A DNA stretch of 64,000 nucleotides, from positions 44,144,001 through 44,208,000 of the forward strand of contig NC_086121.1 of NCBI RefSeq assembly GCF_963921235.1, read 5' to 3'. Made by a program: the position numbers and the translations under genes. Every line of letters starts with the position of its first letter. Within the stretch, counting starts at the first letter, position 1. The DNA comes from Mobula hypostoma (lineage: Eukaryota). The notes under the pieces are model-generated. The model ran no database searches and had not been told where the DNA came from. It saw only the letters and a program-made list of their open reading frames with translations. This document shows positions 39,693 through 52,467 of this stretch, piece by piece.

Positions 39693-41784
39693 ATAGACAT
39701 AGAGCCGGGACTTATACTTCGACAAGCCGGGACTCAACCTCTCCACACCAAGGTGGGACAGGTCCACCTGTTGGGTAACAGCAGAACAGCCAGACTTACC
39801 CAACAGAGGCAAAGACAAGACAAGCATGTCCCCCCACAGGGCAACATCAAAACAGCCTGATTTACCCCAATGAGACAAGGACAAGACAAGACATGATCCC
39901 CCCACAGGGCAACAGCACAGCAGAACAGCCTGACTTACCCCACAGAGGCGAGAACAAGACAAGACAGATCCCCCTCAGGGCAATGGCAAAACAGCCTGAC
40001 TTACCCTCACAGAGGCAAGGACAAGAAGAGAAACACCAAAGAACAACAGACAGTTCTATCTCTGCTTCAGCATTGCTCCGAGTCACAGTTACAGCCAGCA
40101 ACCTCCGCTGGTTACGGAAACAGTCAGATCCCTACCTAGCTTGGAGTGGCTGACGGCCACTCAGCTGGCCCAGAAAACAGCCAAATCCATACCGCAAAAA
40201 CTACGCCAACAAGTGGCAACAAGGCTTCGTGAAGCAGTAGTCCTCCAACCAGGCCTAGAGATCACAAATGGTTTCACTAGACTTCCATCAGCAGGTTGCT
40301 CCAAGGGAGACTGACAAGGCAAACCAGCAGCCCACACTCAACGCTAGGCTACTTATATTCAAAGCCCCAAGATGGGAATCAGGTGCCTATGCTTAACTCA
40401 ATCAAACGAGGGACAGCTGGAAGACCAGGAGTCCTGAGTCCATGGACCGGATCATGAACCGGAATGCATACTTCACAGACCGGATCATGACAGCTTTAGC
40501 AGAGGATATCTCAGATGCAGGTCACTTTTTCTTGAACGAAGATTCAATAAAGGTCGATCATCTCCAAAACCACCGAACGATATCAGCTTTACTCGACTCT
40601 GCGAGTTCCTGTACTTTAGTAAGGTCTTCACTCTCCAATACTACTTACAACAGAAAGTAGAACTCCACTTTAAAATAAAACTACGTCATAAGACGAATAC
40701 ACAGCATAACAGAGTATCCGACGAATTAAATAACGAACTAAACTTAAAACTCAACTGGAAAAAACTAACTGCATCACCACAGGGGTCTCCCTTTTATACC
40801 GTGGTGAACATGTCATCACGTGACCTCACACTGGTGGGAAAATTACATTACCCCACTCAATTACATCATGGTCATAAGACAGTCACAAGATAAACATGAG
40901 GTATGTAATACTACACAATGTCTATGTCTTTCCATTTCACTACATTCATATGCCCATCTAAACATCTCTTAAACGTCCCTAATGTATCACCCTCTACCAC
41001 CAACCCAAGCAGTGCATTCCAGGCACCCACCACACTGTGTAAAACAAAACATGCCCCTCACATCTTCCTTCAAATTACTTCCTCTCACCTGAAGTGTGTA
41101 CCCTCTGTTTCTAATTACTTCAACACTGGGAAAAATATACTGTCTGTCTACTCTATGCCTTTCATAATCTTATAAACCTCTATCAGATCCTCACCTAGAC
41201 CGCTGCTCCGAAGAAAATAACACGTTTATCTAAATTCTCATTATAGCACGTGCCCTCTAATTCAGGCAGCATCCTTGTAAACATTATCTGCACCCTCTCC
41301 AAAGCCTCAAGATTCTTCTTCTAATAGGGCAACCAGAACTGTATGTAATACTCCAGATGTGGCCTAACTAGAGTTGTATAAAGCTGCAAAAACCATTGCT
41401 TTACATTTGACCTACCAAGGTGCAACAACTCACATTTTTGTCAGGTTAAACTGCATCTGCTATTTCTCTGCCCATATCTACAACTGATCTATATACTGCT
41501 GCATTCCTTGCCAGTCTTTTATATTATCCTCAACACCAATCTGCTTACTATCTGAAAACTTACTAATCCACCCATCTGGAGTATATTTTCATCCAAGCCA
41601 TTTGTATACATCACAAACAGAAGAGGTCAGCCCAGCACAGATCACTGCAGAACACCACAAATAACAGATCCAGCTAGAATAAATCCCTTCAAACATAATC
41701 TTCTGTCTTCGATGGGCAAGCTAGTTCTGTATCTAAGTGGCCAATTCAGTATTGATCCCATGCACCTTAATCTTCTTGATCAGC

Positions 41785-44700
41785 TTACCATAAGACCACA
41801 AGATAAAAGAGCAGAATTAGGCCATTTGGTGTATCGAGTCTGTTCCACCACTTCATCATACCTGATCCATTTTCCCTCTCAGCCCCAATCTTCTGTCTTT
41901 TCCCTGTATTCCTTTGTGCCCTGACTAACCAAGAATCTATCAACCTCTGTCTTAAATATACTGTACCTAAATACTTGGCCACCACAGCTGCCTGTGGCAA
42001 TGTATTCCACAGATTCACCACCCTCTGGCTAAAGAAATGCCTCTTAACCTCCGTTCTAAAAGGAAGCCCCTCTATTCCGAAGCAGTGTCCTCTGGTCTTA
42101 GAATCTCCTACCACAGGAAACATCCTCTCCACATCCACTGTGTCAAGGCTTTTCATCATTTGATAAGTTTCAATGAGGTCAGCCCTCAATCTTCTGAATT
42201 CCAGTGAGTGCAAACCCAGAGCCATGAAATGCTCTTTATATGTTCAATCTCGGAATCATTTTCGTGAACCTCCATTGAACCCACCCTAATGTCAGTGCAA
42301 CCTTTCTCAGGTAGGGACTTAAAACTGCCCACAACACTTTAAGTTGGATATGGCTCAAGTGCAGAGCAAGAGACGCTGAAGTGGACAGTATCTCAAGGGA
42401 ACGGAATTTCTACACAAGACTCCCAAGTCCCTTTGCACCTCAGCTTTTTGTATTTTCTCCCAATTTAGAAAATAGTCTACCCTTTCATTTCTTTTACCAA
42501 AGTGCATGACTATACACTTTCTGACACTGTGTTCCATTGGCCTTTTCTTTGCCCTCACTCCTCATCTGCCCAAGTTTCCCAGTAGCATCTCTACTTCCAC
42601 AAACCACCTGCTTCTCTACTTATCTTCGTAACATCCGCAAACTTTGCAACAAAGCCATCAATTCCATCATCCAAGTCATCAACATATAACATAGAAAGAA
42701 GTGGTCCCAATGCAGACCCCTGTAGAACACCACTAATCACCAGCAGCCAGCCAGAAATAAGCTCCCTTTATTTTCACTCTTTAACTCTTGCCAATCAGCC
42801 TCTGCTTTAGCCATGCTAGTATCTTTCCTGTAATACCTTGGGCTCTTAACTTGTGTAGCACCTTATCAAATGCCTTCTGAAAATCAAAGTATACAACATC
42901 CACCCATTCTCCTTTGTCAATCTTGCTTGCTACTTCTTCAAAGAATTCCAACAGATCTGTAAGGCAGGATTTCCCCTTCAGGAAACCATGTTGACTACAG
43001 TTTATTTTATCATGTGCCTTCAAGTATTCCGTAACCACACCCTTAACAATTGACTCCAATATCATTCAACCTCTGAGGACAGCCTAATTGTCCTATAATT
43101 TCCTTTATTCTGCCTCTCTCCTTTCTTGAAGAGTGGAGTGACATTGCAATTTTCCAGTCTTCTGGAACCATTTCAGAATCGAGTGATTCTTGAAAGATCA
43201 TTTCTAGTGCCTCCACAATCTCTGTACCATCTCTTACAGACCTCTGTGGTGTACACCATCTAGTCCAGCTGACTTATCGACCTTCAGACCTTTCCCAAGA
43301 ACCTTCGCAGTAGTAATGGCAACTTCACACACTTGCCTCCTGACACTCTCAAACCTCCAGCATACTACTGGTGTTTTCCACTATGAAGACTGATGCAAAA
43401 TACTTATTCAGTTCATCTGCCATTTCCTCGTCTCCATTACTACCTCTCCAAAATCATTTTTTAGCGGTCCGATATCCATTCTCACCTCTTCTATGTGTCT
43501 GGAGAAACTTTTATGGTCCGCCTTCATATTGACTAGGTTACCTTTGTGTTCCATATTTTCTTGCTTACTGACTTTTTAGTTGTCTTCTGTTTGCTCTTGA
43601 AAGCTTTCCAATCCTCTAACATCCCACTAATTTGTTCTATTATATGTTCTCCCTTTGGCTTTTAGGTTGGCTTTGGCTTTTTCCTCTTTAGGATGTATAT
43701 ATTCTGCACCTTCCAAATTTCATTCAGAAATTCCAACCATTGCTGCTCTGTCATTATCCCTGCCTTTTCTTAACCCACTTATGCTTTTCCAATCATTTTT
43801 GGCAATTACCTTTCTCATGCCTCTGTAATTCTCTTTACTGTTCCTGAATACTGATGCATCTGACTTTAGTTTCTCCACAAATTTCAGGGTGAATTCTATC
43901 ATATTATGATCAGAGTTCCTTTATGTTCAGCTCTTTAGTCAATTTAGATTAGATTAGATTAGATTCAACTTTCTTGTCATTGTGGCAAGTACAGATACAA
44001 AGCCAATGAAATGCAGTTAGCATCTGACCGGAATTGCAAAGAATAGTGTTATTTACAAAATAACTGCGAATAAAAAGTAAGTGCTACAGCTCACAAATAT
44101 AAAAGTACTGAGACAATACAATATGGGTGCAATACTGCTTAGCGCTGTGATGAGAGGTTCAGCAGGGTCACAGCCTCAGGGAAGAAGCTCTTCCTATGCC
44201 TGCTGGTGTGGGAGCAGAGGCTCCTGTAGTGCCTACTGGATGGGAGGAGAGTAAAAAGTCCATGGTTAGGGTGAGATGCATCCTTGATAATGCTTTTTGC
44301 CCTGCCCAGGCAGCATTTATGGTAGATGTTCTCAATGGTGGGCAATTGGGTGCCGATAATCCGCTGGGCAGTTTTCACCACACGCTGGAGTGCTTTGCGG
44401 TCCGATACGGGACAATTGCCATACCACACTGAGATGCAGTTGGTGAGTATGCTCTCAATGGTACAGCGGTAAAAGTCCATCAGTATCCTGGGACAGGGGT
44501 GAGGTTTTTTGATGCTCTGTAGCAAATAAAGGTGTTGTTGCGCCTTTTTGACCAGGGTGGAGGAGTTCAGGGACCAGGTGAGATCCTCAGAAATATGGAC
44601 ACCAATGAATTTGAAGCTTGATATACGGTCCACTACAGCTCTGTTGATGTAGATGGGGAGGTGAGTGTGGCTGCTAGAATGCCTGAAGACCACAATGATC

Positions 44701-45960
44701 TCCTTGGTCTTCTGGGTGTTAAGGGCCTGGTTATTGTCGGCACACCATGCGGCCAGGTGCTGGACCTCGTCCCTGTAGGCTGTCTCGTCATCCGCTCTGA
44801 CCACACCAACCACCATGGTGTCGTCTGCGAACTTGATTATGGAGTTAGAACCATGTACAGGAACGCAGTCATAGGCGAAAAGGGAGTACAGAAGAGGGCT
44901 CAGCACACAGCCTTGAGGCACGCCGATGTTTAAGGTGAGTGTGGAGGAGGAGAGGTTGTCTAACTTAACTGATTGGGGTCTGTTAGTCAGAAAGTCCAAG
45001 GTCCAATTGCAGAGGGATGAGCTGATACCAAGCAGATGAAATTTGGCGATCAGCTTGGAGGGGATCACAGTATTGAATGCCGAACTAAAGTCAATGAACA
45101 GCATTCTGACGTAAGCGTTGGGGCTGTCCAGGTAGGTTAGGGCAGAGTGAAGTGCCATGGAGATGGTGTCCTCTGTTGACCTGTTGGTGCGATAGGCAAA
45201 TTGATGGGGATTCAGGGTAGTAGGCGGACAGGATTTCAGATGTGATAGAACCAGTCTCTCAAAGCACTTTTCAATGATTGGGGTGAGTGCAACTGGGCGG
45301 AAGTCATTCAGGCCCGTGGCAGTGAAATGCTTCAGCACTGGCACGATGGTGGTGATCTTGAAGCTTGTGGGATGACTGCCTGGGCCAGGGACAGATTAAA
45401 ATTCTGGTTCATAGCACAACACCCATTCTAGAATATCTGATCTTCTAGTGGGCTCAACCATGAGTTGCTCTAAAAAGCCATCTTGTATGCATTTTGGAAA
45501 TTCCCCCTCGTGGGGTACAGCACCAACCTGATTTTCCCAATCTACCTGCATATTGAAATCTCCCATGCCTATTGTAACAGTGCTCATTTGGAATGCATCT
45601 TCTATCTCCAGTTGTAATTTGCAGACCACATCTTTACTACTGTTTGAGGGTCTGTATATAACTCCCATAAGGGTCTTTTCACCCTTGTAGTTCCTAGCTG
45701 TAGCCACGATTCAGCATTTTCTGATCCTGTCACTTCTTTCTAATGATTTGATTTTCATTTTTTATCAACAGGGCCTCGCCATCCCATCTGCCTTTCAATA
45801 CAGTGTATATCCTTGGACGTTAAGCTCCCAGCTGTAATCTTATTTCAGCCATGATTCAGTGATGGGCACAAGCTCATATGTGCCAATCTGTAACTGTGTT
45901 ACAAGTTCATCTAACCTATTCCATATACTTCATGCATTCAAATATGAAACCTATTCACTC
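41785..45960 (-). mobile_element. Long CR1 (endonuclease to 3' tail), interrupted by Rex1
   Basis: TLMGVIYRPSNS...MGDFNMQVDW, SQHGFLKGKSCLT...DFQKAFDKV, FFSQRVVNLWN. Confidence 0.9.
43945..45396 (-). mobile_element. Young Rex1/Babar non-LTR element; 401-aa open RT frame (44139-45344); (TCTAA)n tail
   Basis: [54 protein letters not shown]. Confidence 0.92.
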
Positions 45961-46337
45961 TTTTCGATATTGTCTAACTTCTAATTGCAACTCATTCTGT
46001 TGACTACAATCTTGTCCTTTCAATAGCCTCTCCTTTCTCGCAGTGACACTGAACACTGCCATGAGGGATCTTGTCAAACACCTCACTAGAAATCCTATAC
46101 ACAACATCCACAGCTCTACCTCTATCAGACACATTTTTCATCTTATTAACAAACTCAGTCAATTAAGTCAGACACGACTTGCCCCACACAAAGCTACGCT
46201 GGCTCTCCCTAATTAGGACGTGGTTTTAAAAATGCTCATGAATCCTACACCTAAGAATTCTTTCCAGTAACTTCCATGCCACTGACCTGAGACACACAGG
46301 TGTATCATTTTCAGGATTATCCCTTGTTCCCTCTGAA

Positions 46338-47015
46338 TAGATTAGATTAGATTATGAGGGCACTCAGTCCTCGTTTATTGTCATTTAGAAATGCATGCAT
46401 TAAAAAATGATACAATGTTCCTCCAGAATGATATCACAAAAATACGCAGGACAAACCAAGACTAAAACTGACAAAACCACATATTTATAACATATAGTTA
46501 CAACAGTGCAAAGCAATACCGTAATTTGATAAAGAGCAGACCACGGGCACGGTAAAAAAAAGTCTTAAAGTCCCGATAGCCCCATCATCTCTCGCAGACG
46601 GTAGAAGGGAGATATTCTCCCTGCCATGAACCTCCAAGCGCCGCAAACTTGCCGATGCAGCACCATTGGAAGCACACAACCGCAGCGGACTCTGAGTCCG
46701 TCCGAAAATTTCGAGCCTCCAACCAGCCCTCCGACACCAAGCACCGAGAACCATCCTCTGCCAAATGCTTCGACCCCAACCCGGCCGCTGAGCAACAAGC
46801 AAAGCCGAGGACTCGGGGCCTTCCCCTCCGGAGATTCTGGATCACACAGTTGCAACAGCAGTGAAGCAGACATTTCAGAAGTTTCACCAGATGTTCCTCC
46901 GTGCTCTCACATCTGTCTCCATCAAATCAGGATTGTGCACGGCACCCTACTTGACAGATAACAGACATCACCACCGGAGTGGCCGCTGCGAGTTGCGTTG
47001 CGCCTCCATCTTCTC
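46338..47015 (-). mobile_element. Non-autonomous retroposon with (TCTAA)n tail and AAGATGG 5' motif
   Basis: Tail agattagattagatt matches the Rex1 tail at 43945; CpG-rich body without RT. Confidence 0.55.
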
Positions 47016-47137
47016 CTCTTCTCAAAATAACGGAGCAACCTGCCAGTTTTCTGAGATGATGCCTGTGGCTAGACAGAACAAAAGATATTGGTCAGCAGTC
47101 TCTTCTCTTATCTTTCTCAATAAACTGCTGTATATCC

Positions 47138-49307
47138 TTTCATAATCACGGATTCGGCAGTGCATCAGATTCGGCAATTGCACTGGTGAATATGCACATG
47201 TCAGCTAATTATTATTTCATTGTGATAGTATTGGACCCAGCGGAGAGAGAGCAGCTGACCTTGGCCATGAGATTCATTCGTCAGAGTGATCCGTCGAGAC
47301 AGCAATATTCCGTTGAATTCCTATGTATGAACTCATGTTTCTGTCTCCAGCGTGACAGAAGGATTTTGCCAAGTAATTGACCCAGGAAAGTTTGAACAGT
47401 GATGTTTTGACATTGGTGGCTTGAGGAGAGGGTGCCTTCTATTCTCAGTGCATGTCCTGACTCTACATTCCGAGAGTCCCAAGTCTATATACCGAGCTTC
47501 TCTAGTCTACATTACGTTTCTCCGGTATCTATTCCAAGCTTTTCAAGTCACAAGTACACAGGTTCCCAGCATTGTGGTCCCATGACTCAGATCTGCATTA
47601 CAAATGAGCGCTTCGAGCAAGCTTTTCAATTGATTCAACAAATCGTCATTCAAGTCAATAGTGTAAATTCTGGAAGAGCCCTACTCCAAAAGCTGAACCC
47701 TGGCTGGAGTGTACAAGTACACAAGTAAAGTAACCCAATCAAGAGTATTTTTAGCCCCTTGATGCAAGTCATGGTACAGACTGGGAACATTGAATTTTTA
47801 TGTAGCAACTTAAAACAGATTGATAGAGAACCACCTAGCTTAGCGATGAAAGAAAGCTGTTTATGCTGTCTTGATCTGTAAAATTGAGTATATCCTAATT
47901 GTGTCTGGAAAAAATAGTGAACAGTAAAACACTGTGAACAAGATTTGAAAAGGTTCCTTCTCTAGGTTTCAAGTTTCATGGTTTCAAGGTTTTCCAAAGA
48001 CTTTTCTCTATGTTCCCAGGGTTTTCATTTCCCAATCATTTCCAAGGCTTAATATGTTTAGTGTTTTTCAATGTCCGCCCCATCTCAGACTCCCAAGCCA
48101 CCCTCTGGCCCCGCCCGAGGTTTCTTGATTTCTGTCTGTGAGGGTTCCCAGGCCCCTCAGGATTCCCCGGTCACTCAGTCTGTTGGGGTACCCAGGCCCC
48201 TCAAGATTTCACCGGTCTCTCAGTCTGTTGGGGTTCCCAGGCCCCTCAAGATTCCCCAGTCTCTCAGTCTGAAGGGGATTCCCAGGCCCCTCAAGATTCC
48301 CCGGTCTCTCAGTCTGTTGGGGTTCCCATGCCTCTCTCTCGTTCCCCAGGTCTCTCGAGTTTTTAGATCTTCCTGGGACACCAGGTGCCAGCTGTAAAGA
48401 AGGGGGTTTTGTGGTGACTTCAGACCTGTGCAAGGCATCAGAGAGCTTTTGGGCTCTGGGGTTTTTAGATCACCTGAATTGGTTAATTGTTGCTTAAAAG
48501 TTATTAATGGTTTTAGTTTCTTGTGTTTTTCTCGAGCGACTCGCTCTTTGTAATGCAGTTTCTGGTGCTTTCTGTTTAAGTTTATTTTGATAAATTCAGA
48601 TTCTGTGTTCATTTTATTCTTGAAGCAGATGCTGTATTACCTCCAATCGGAGGGTCCTTGTTTTGAGAATGATTTGTCTCACGGTGTCACTTGGTTGAGT
48701 TACCTCTGTCTAAGCTCTTGTTTTTTCTTTCTCTACATGGAAGTCTTTGGCTCTGATATTGGCAGTGCACACCATGACACTTATCTACCAGCATCACTGA
48801 AGGACACCTTGGACAAGTCCCTCTTTCGGGACTTCCAATGGACATGGGTCTGTGGCGCCTCAGGGGCTGCGCCTAGAGATGAGGGCCCAGTCACAACCAC
48901 AGATTCAGCAGCGCATCAGATTCGGCAATTGCGCTCGTGAATATGCACACGTCAGCTAATCATGATTTCATTGTGATAGTATTTAACTCCATTCATTCCG
49001 TCGTAGTATTTGTCAAGACTTGGACATAGCTACGCTTTGTTATCTACATTTCGCTTTGCCCGAGAAATTGGACTGTTGAGTTAACTGACTCTGGAGACTA
49101 GCGATATTTGTTTTATTCTTAGTTGTTCTTTTCAGCTGCAGTGTAGGCTTTATTTTCCATTCGAGAATTTTTGTGAATGGCCCTGTTTTGGCCTAGCGTT
49201 TATTGTTTTCTTTTCCCTATAACACTGTTCGCATTAAAGTCTGTGAACTATCGACTTGCTTCAGTGTCTCTCACTCCGCACTTGGGCCATATCCGAACCA
49301 GATGACA
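47138..49307 (+). mobile_element. Degenerate LTR retroelement remnant (Gypsy-like)
   Basis: Direct repeat of about 70 bp (47163-47232 / 48914-48983), terminus GATGACA, imperfect TSD tatcc/tattc, internal tandem repeats of about 42 bp (48140-48330). Confidence 0.5.
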
Positions 49308-49921
49308 TATTCCACCAGACACCATGGACTTACCCACTTCAGTGCTCTTTAAGAGATCCAACATCTCACCTCACTTACATCAAAATGCCCTAGCATGTTA
49401 CTATATTTGGCAATGAACTCCCTATCCTGCAAGTCATTCTTTTTCGTCACTACTCATTAAGGAACTCACCCACATCCTCCACATCCAGCTGAATGTTTCC
49501 CCTCTATTGTTGAGGGGTTCAACCTTCTCCCCACTTACCCTCTTCCTCCTGATGTATGTATAGAATGCCTGAGGACTCTCTTTATTCCCCTTTGCCAATG
49601 ATTTTTCATGGCCCCCTCTGGGTTTTCTAATTTTTTTTGAGTTTGTTTCTGGCTTACTTGTAATCCTTAAGGGTTGTGCTTGATCTTATCTTCCTGAGCT
49701 TTTACTTCTTATCTAAATTCACCACCTCTCTCAGTATCCAAAGTTCTCTTCCATTACCATCTTTGTCCCTTCTTCTGACAGGAACATAATGTACCTGTTT
49801 TGTACTGTGGGAAGTCGGTCTTTAAACACACTCCACAGGTTGGATATGGACATACACAAAAATGCTGTTCCTAATTCACTGTCCACAGTTCCTGCCTAAT
49901 GCTCTCTGAATTTGCCCTGCT

Positions 49922-50630
49922 TGTCGCGGAGAGAACGGGTGAACCCAAACGCAGGACACTGACACAGAGGTAGCGTAATCAGAAGTGTGTTTATTAATAG
50001 TTGCAGGGAAGGCCGGGGAGCGGGGATTAGATAGAGGAAAGCGGAGGAGTGAGCGAGGCTGGTCCGTGGATCAAAACCGGGTCGCTACAGTGAGAACACG
50101 GCAATTAACCACTAAGCCAGCGGAGAATGTAGACGGACGGCGAGATGAGGCACAGCCGGGATGCAGACAAGGGGATGAGCGTGGCTGGGGGAGAGCTGCG
50201 GGCGACATGCCATGCTCCTGTTAACTGAGACTGGGTTAACACGGGCAAACAGCGCGGGAACAGAACTTAGAACACACAATTCTAAGCAGTCGAGAGACAC
50301 GGTTAACACCGGCAAACAGCACGGATGAACGGAAGAGCAGGAGGCAGGCAAAACTTTTCTTGACACAGGGCACTGCTGGAGCTGAACGGCAAACAGGAGA
50401 CAGGCAGCAGGCAACACTTATCTTGACACGGAGCGTTAAATGGAAAGACCAACGGCAGGCAATACTTATCACACTGGCTGAAGCAACAATCTGGCAACGA
50501 GTGGATGCAAAGCCAGGGATTTTATGCTGCAGGTTTAGATGAGAATCACGTGCCACAATCCAGGAGCCCAGGAGAACATGGGAAAAGAGAATAAGGAGAA
50601 TAAGAGGAATTAACAGTTGGGACCGTGACA
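49922..50630. mobile_element. Solo LTR with 5-bp TSD CTGCT
   Basis: ctgct|TGTCGCGG...CCGTGACA|ctgct; 8-bp inverted termini; CpG-rich, so probably young. Confidence 0.88.
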
Positions 50631-51043
50631 CTGCTCTTATTTAATACTCTCCCATGGGTTTCAGACTTAAGCTTAACGATAGCTATCTTAAAAATTAACT
50701 GTTTGTAGTCACTTTTCCCTGACTGCTCAGCCACTGAACATTCGGTCAAATGGCCAGGCTCATTCAACAGCAGATCCAGTACAGTACCTGTCTTGTTGGA
50801 AGGGGTCAGGACCTGCTCTGGGAGCTGAGTGGAAACAGTCCCATCAGTCACTATGGGACAGGAAGAGTAAAGGAAAGTGACCAGTACATCATTTATCATT
50901 GACACATTGCGGTCTCATCTGCAAGTTGATATGATACATTTTGATGCAGAATGTATGCTATGCTCGACAATGTCAGCAGATAAGTTCCACCAAAATGTGT
51001 TCACTATTAATGTAAAGTTTTAACGTTTTTTTCTCATCTTCAG

Positions 51044-51221
51044 CAAAAATATGCAAAACTGAATGGTTTAACATTGATGACCCATCAGGAGAGGGAGATT
51101 ATGAAGTTTTTAACCATCTGTATATTCAATTTCCCAACCGCATCTGCCTTTATCCAATCACCTGTGAGGTGGAGACAACATCAGGGGTTCCAGCCTCACA
51201 GACTGGAGAGAACATTGAACC
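51044..51221 (+). CDS. CysD/Mucin2_WxxW domain exon A (KICKTEWFNIDDPSGEGDYEVFNHLYIQFPNRICLYPITCEVETTSGVPASQTGENIE)
   Basis: Acceptor tttttttctcatcttcag, donor CC|gtacgt. The WF-x-x-D-D-P-S-G-x-G-D-Y-E and C-x-x-P motifs are characteristic of MUC2/MUC5/CILP CysD domains. Confidence 0.9.
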
Positions 51222-51329
51222 GTACGTAACAAAGCTGCTCATATTGTTTCACAAATATTACTTCATTCCAAAAAGCATTGAGAGCTTCTTCAATGACTCC
51301 ATTACATGTTCCTTCTCTGTGGTGAACAG

Positions 51330-51427
51330 GTGTAATGTTGCTCGTGGATTCTTCTGTAAGAACGACGATCAAAGTGATCAGATGTGCCAAGACTACAGAA
51401 TACGATTCACCTGCCCTCAATCACATT
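51330..51427 (+). CDS. CysD/Mucin2_WxxW domain exon B (CNVARGFFCKNDDQSDQMCQDYRIRFTCPQSH)
   Basis: aacag|G acceptor, T|gtaagt donor, phase 2 to 1. Motif G-x-x-C-x-N-x-x-Q...C-x-D-Y-x-I-R-F-x-C matches the CysD C-terminal half. Confidence 0.9.
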
Positions 51428-52443
51428 GTAAGTATGGGTAAATGCAAGTTATAGAGAGCTCAGAACATAAGTTTTAGAAAAAAATGTGGACCTCCAGGTG
51501 ATTTAATGTGGTCTGAGCTGATCAATCCCTCTGCCACCCTCTTACTATAGCTATCTATGCTCACTTCCATGTAACCATGTAAAGAGAATCTTTCAAGAGA
51601 AAAGACCTCCTTTATTACCTGCTCCAATGCCAAAGACAGCTGATCCATTTGGAGACCCAAACCGCCCACAACTTATTTCCCATGTGCATTACACATGCCA
51701 CTGACAGCTTTGTGGATACCATTTCACACCTATTGAAGGCAAAGGAGTGCAGATTGTACTTGTCACAGATAATGGCTGATGAGGCACATTGAAGTATTGA
51801 TGGAGAGATGATGTGTGAATAAAGGAGGAGATATTGTTAGAAGGAGATATAGCAAACATGGACAAGAATTTGGATGACAATGACAATTCTGATTCTGATA
51901 ATCCGCTGGTAATACGGAAAGCTGGAGCTCTATTGAGGACAGTGTGGACGACGGCATTTGCGAAGGGGTCAGGACCAGTTCTGGAGCTGAGGGGAAACAG
52001 ATCGTCACATCAGCCATCATGGAACACGAGGGGTAAAGTGAAGTGAGCAGCACATCAGTGATTCCGTAACACATTGGGATCTCATGTGCAAGTTGATGTC
52101 ATGCATTCTGATACAAAATATTGTTGCATGTCTACTGTGCTCAACTTAGACAGCAGATGAGTACCTCCAGAATGTGTATTCATTATTAATGTAATTCTTA
52201 TTTCCCATAATCAGTCAGTAGCTGCAAAACATGAATGGACCAATGGTGGTCATAGATTTCAGAACATAAGCTTTGGAAGAAGAAGGGTTGAACAGTCAGC
52301 TGATTTAATGTGTTCAGAACTGAATATTCACTCTCCCGCCTTCTTACCATAGCTATCATATCAGCTAGGTGATGATTGACGTATGTAAACTGTCACTACT
52401 TTTCAAATTTTAATTAACTGAATTGCTCTGTTTCTGCTTTTAG

Positions 52444-52467
52444 GTCCCACACCTGCAACAACTACAG
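52444..52467 (+). CDS. 24-nt microexon type A, (C)PTPATTT
   Basis: tttctgcttttag|GTCCCACACCTGCAACAACTACAG|gtgaga; phase 1-1. Confidence 0.85.

Larger units (their letters stand above)
38090..40492. mobile_element. Solo LTR (middle) with 5-bp TSD GCTTT
   Basis: gcttt|TGTCACAAT...CATGACA|gcttt. Confidence 0.85.
37678..40910. mobile_element. Solo LTR (outer) with 4-bp TSD CTAC
   Basis: ctac|TGTCACG...GTAATA|ctac; host CR1 sequence rejoins when it is removed. Confidence 0.7.
37569..50795 (-). mobile_element. Old minus-strand CR1 scaffold carrying a stack of nested insertions
   Basis: CR1 tail at 37569. Collinear CR1 pieces at about 40911-41785, 46060-46337, 47018-47137, 49315-49921 and 50631-50795 (VLDLLLNEPG, endonuclease end). 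Confidence 0.75.

Noticed and set aside
38162-40153. Overlapping GC-rich ORFs
   Set aside because: By-products of minisatellite and LTR sequence, with no recognisable domain.
44139-45344. 401-aa ORF as a host gene
   Set aside because: It is the RT of a 5'-truncated Rex1/Babar element inserted into a CR1.
51044-51427. Assigning the symbol MUC2, MUC5AC or CILP
   Set aside because: Only the CysD domain is shared. No VWD, TSP1 or Ig exons were seen, so orthology is unsupported.
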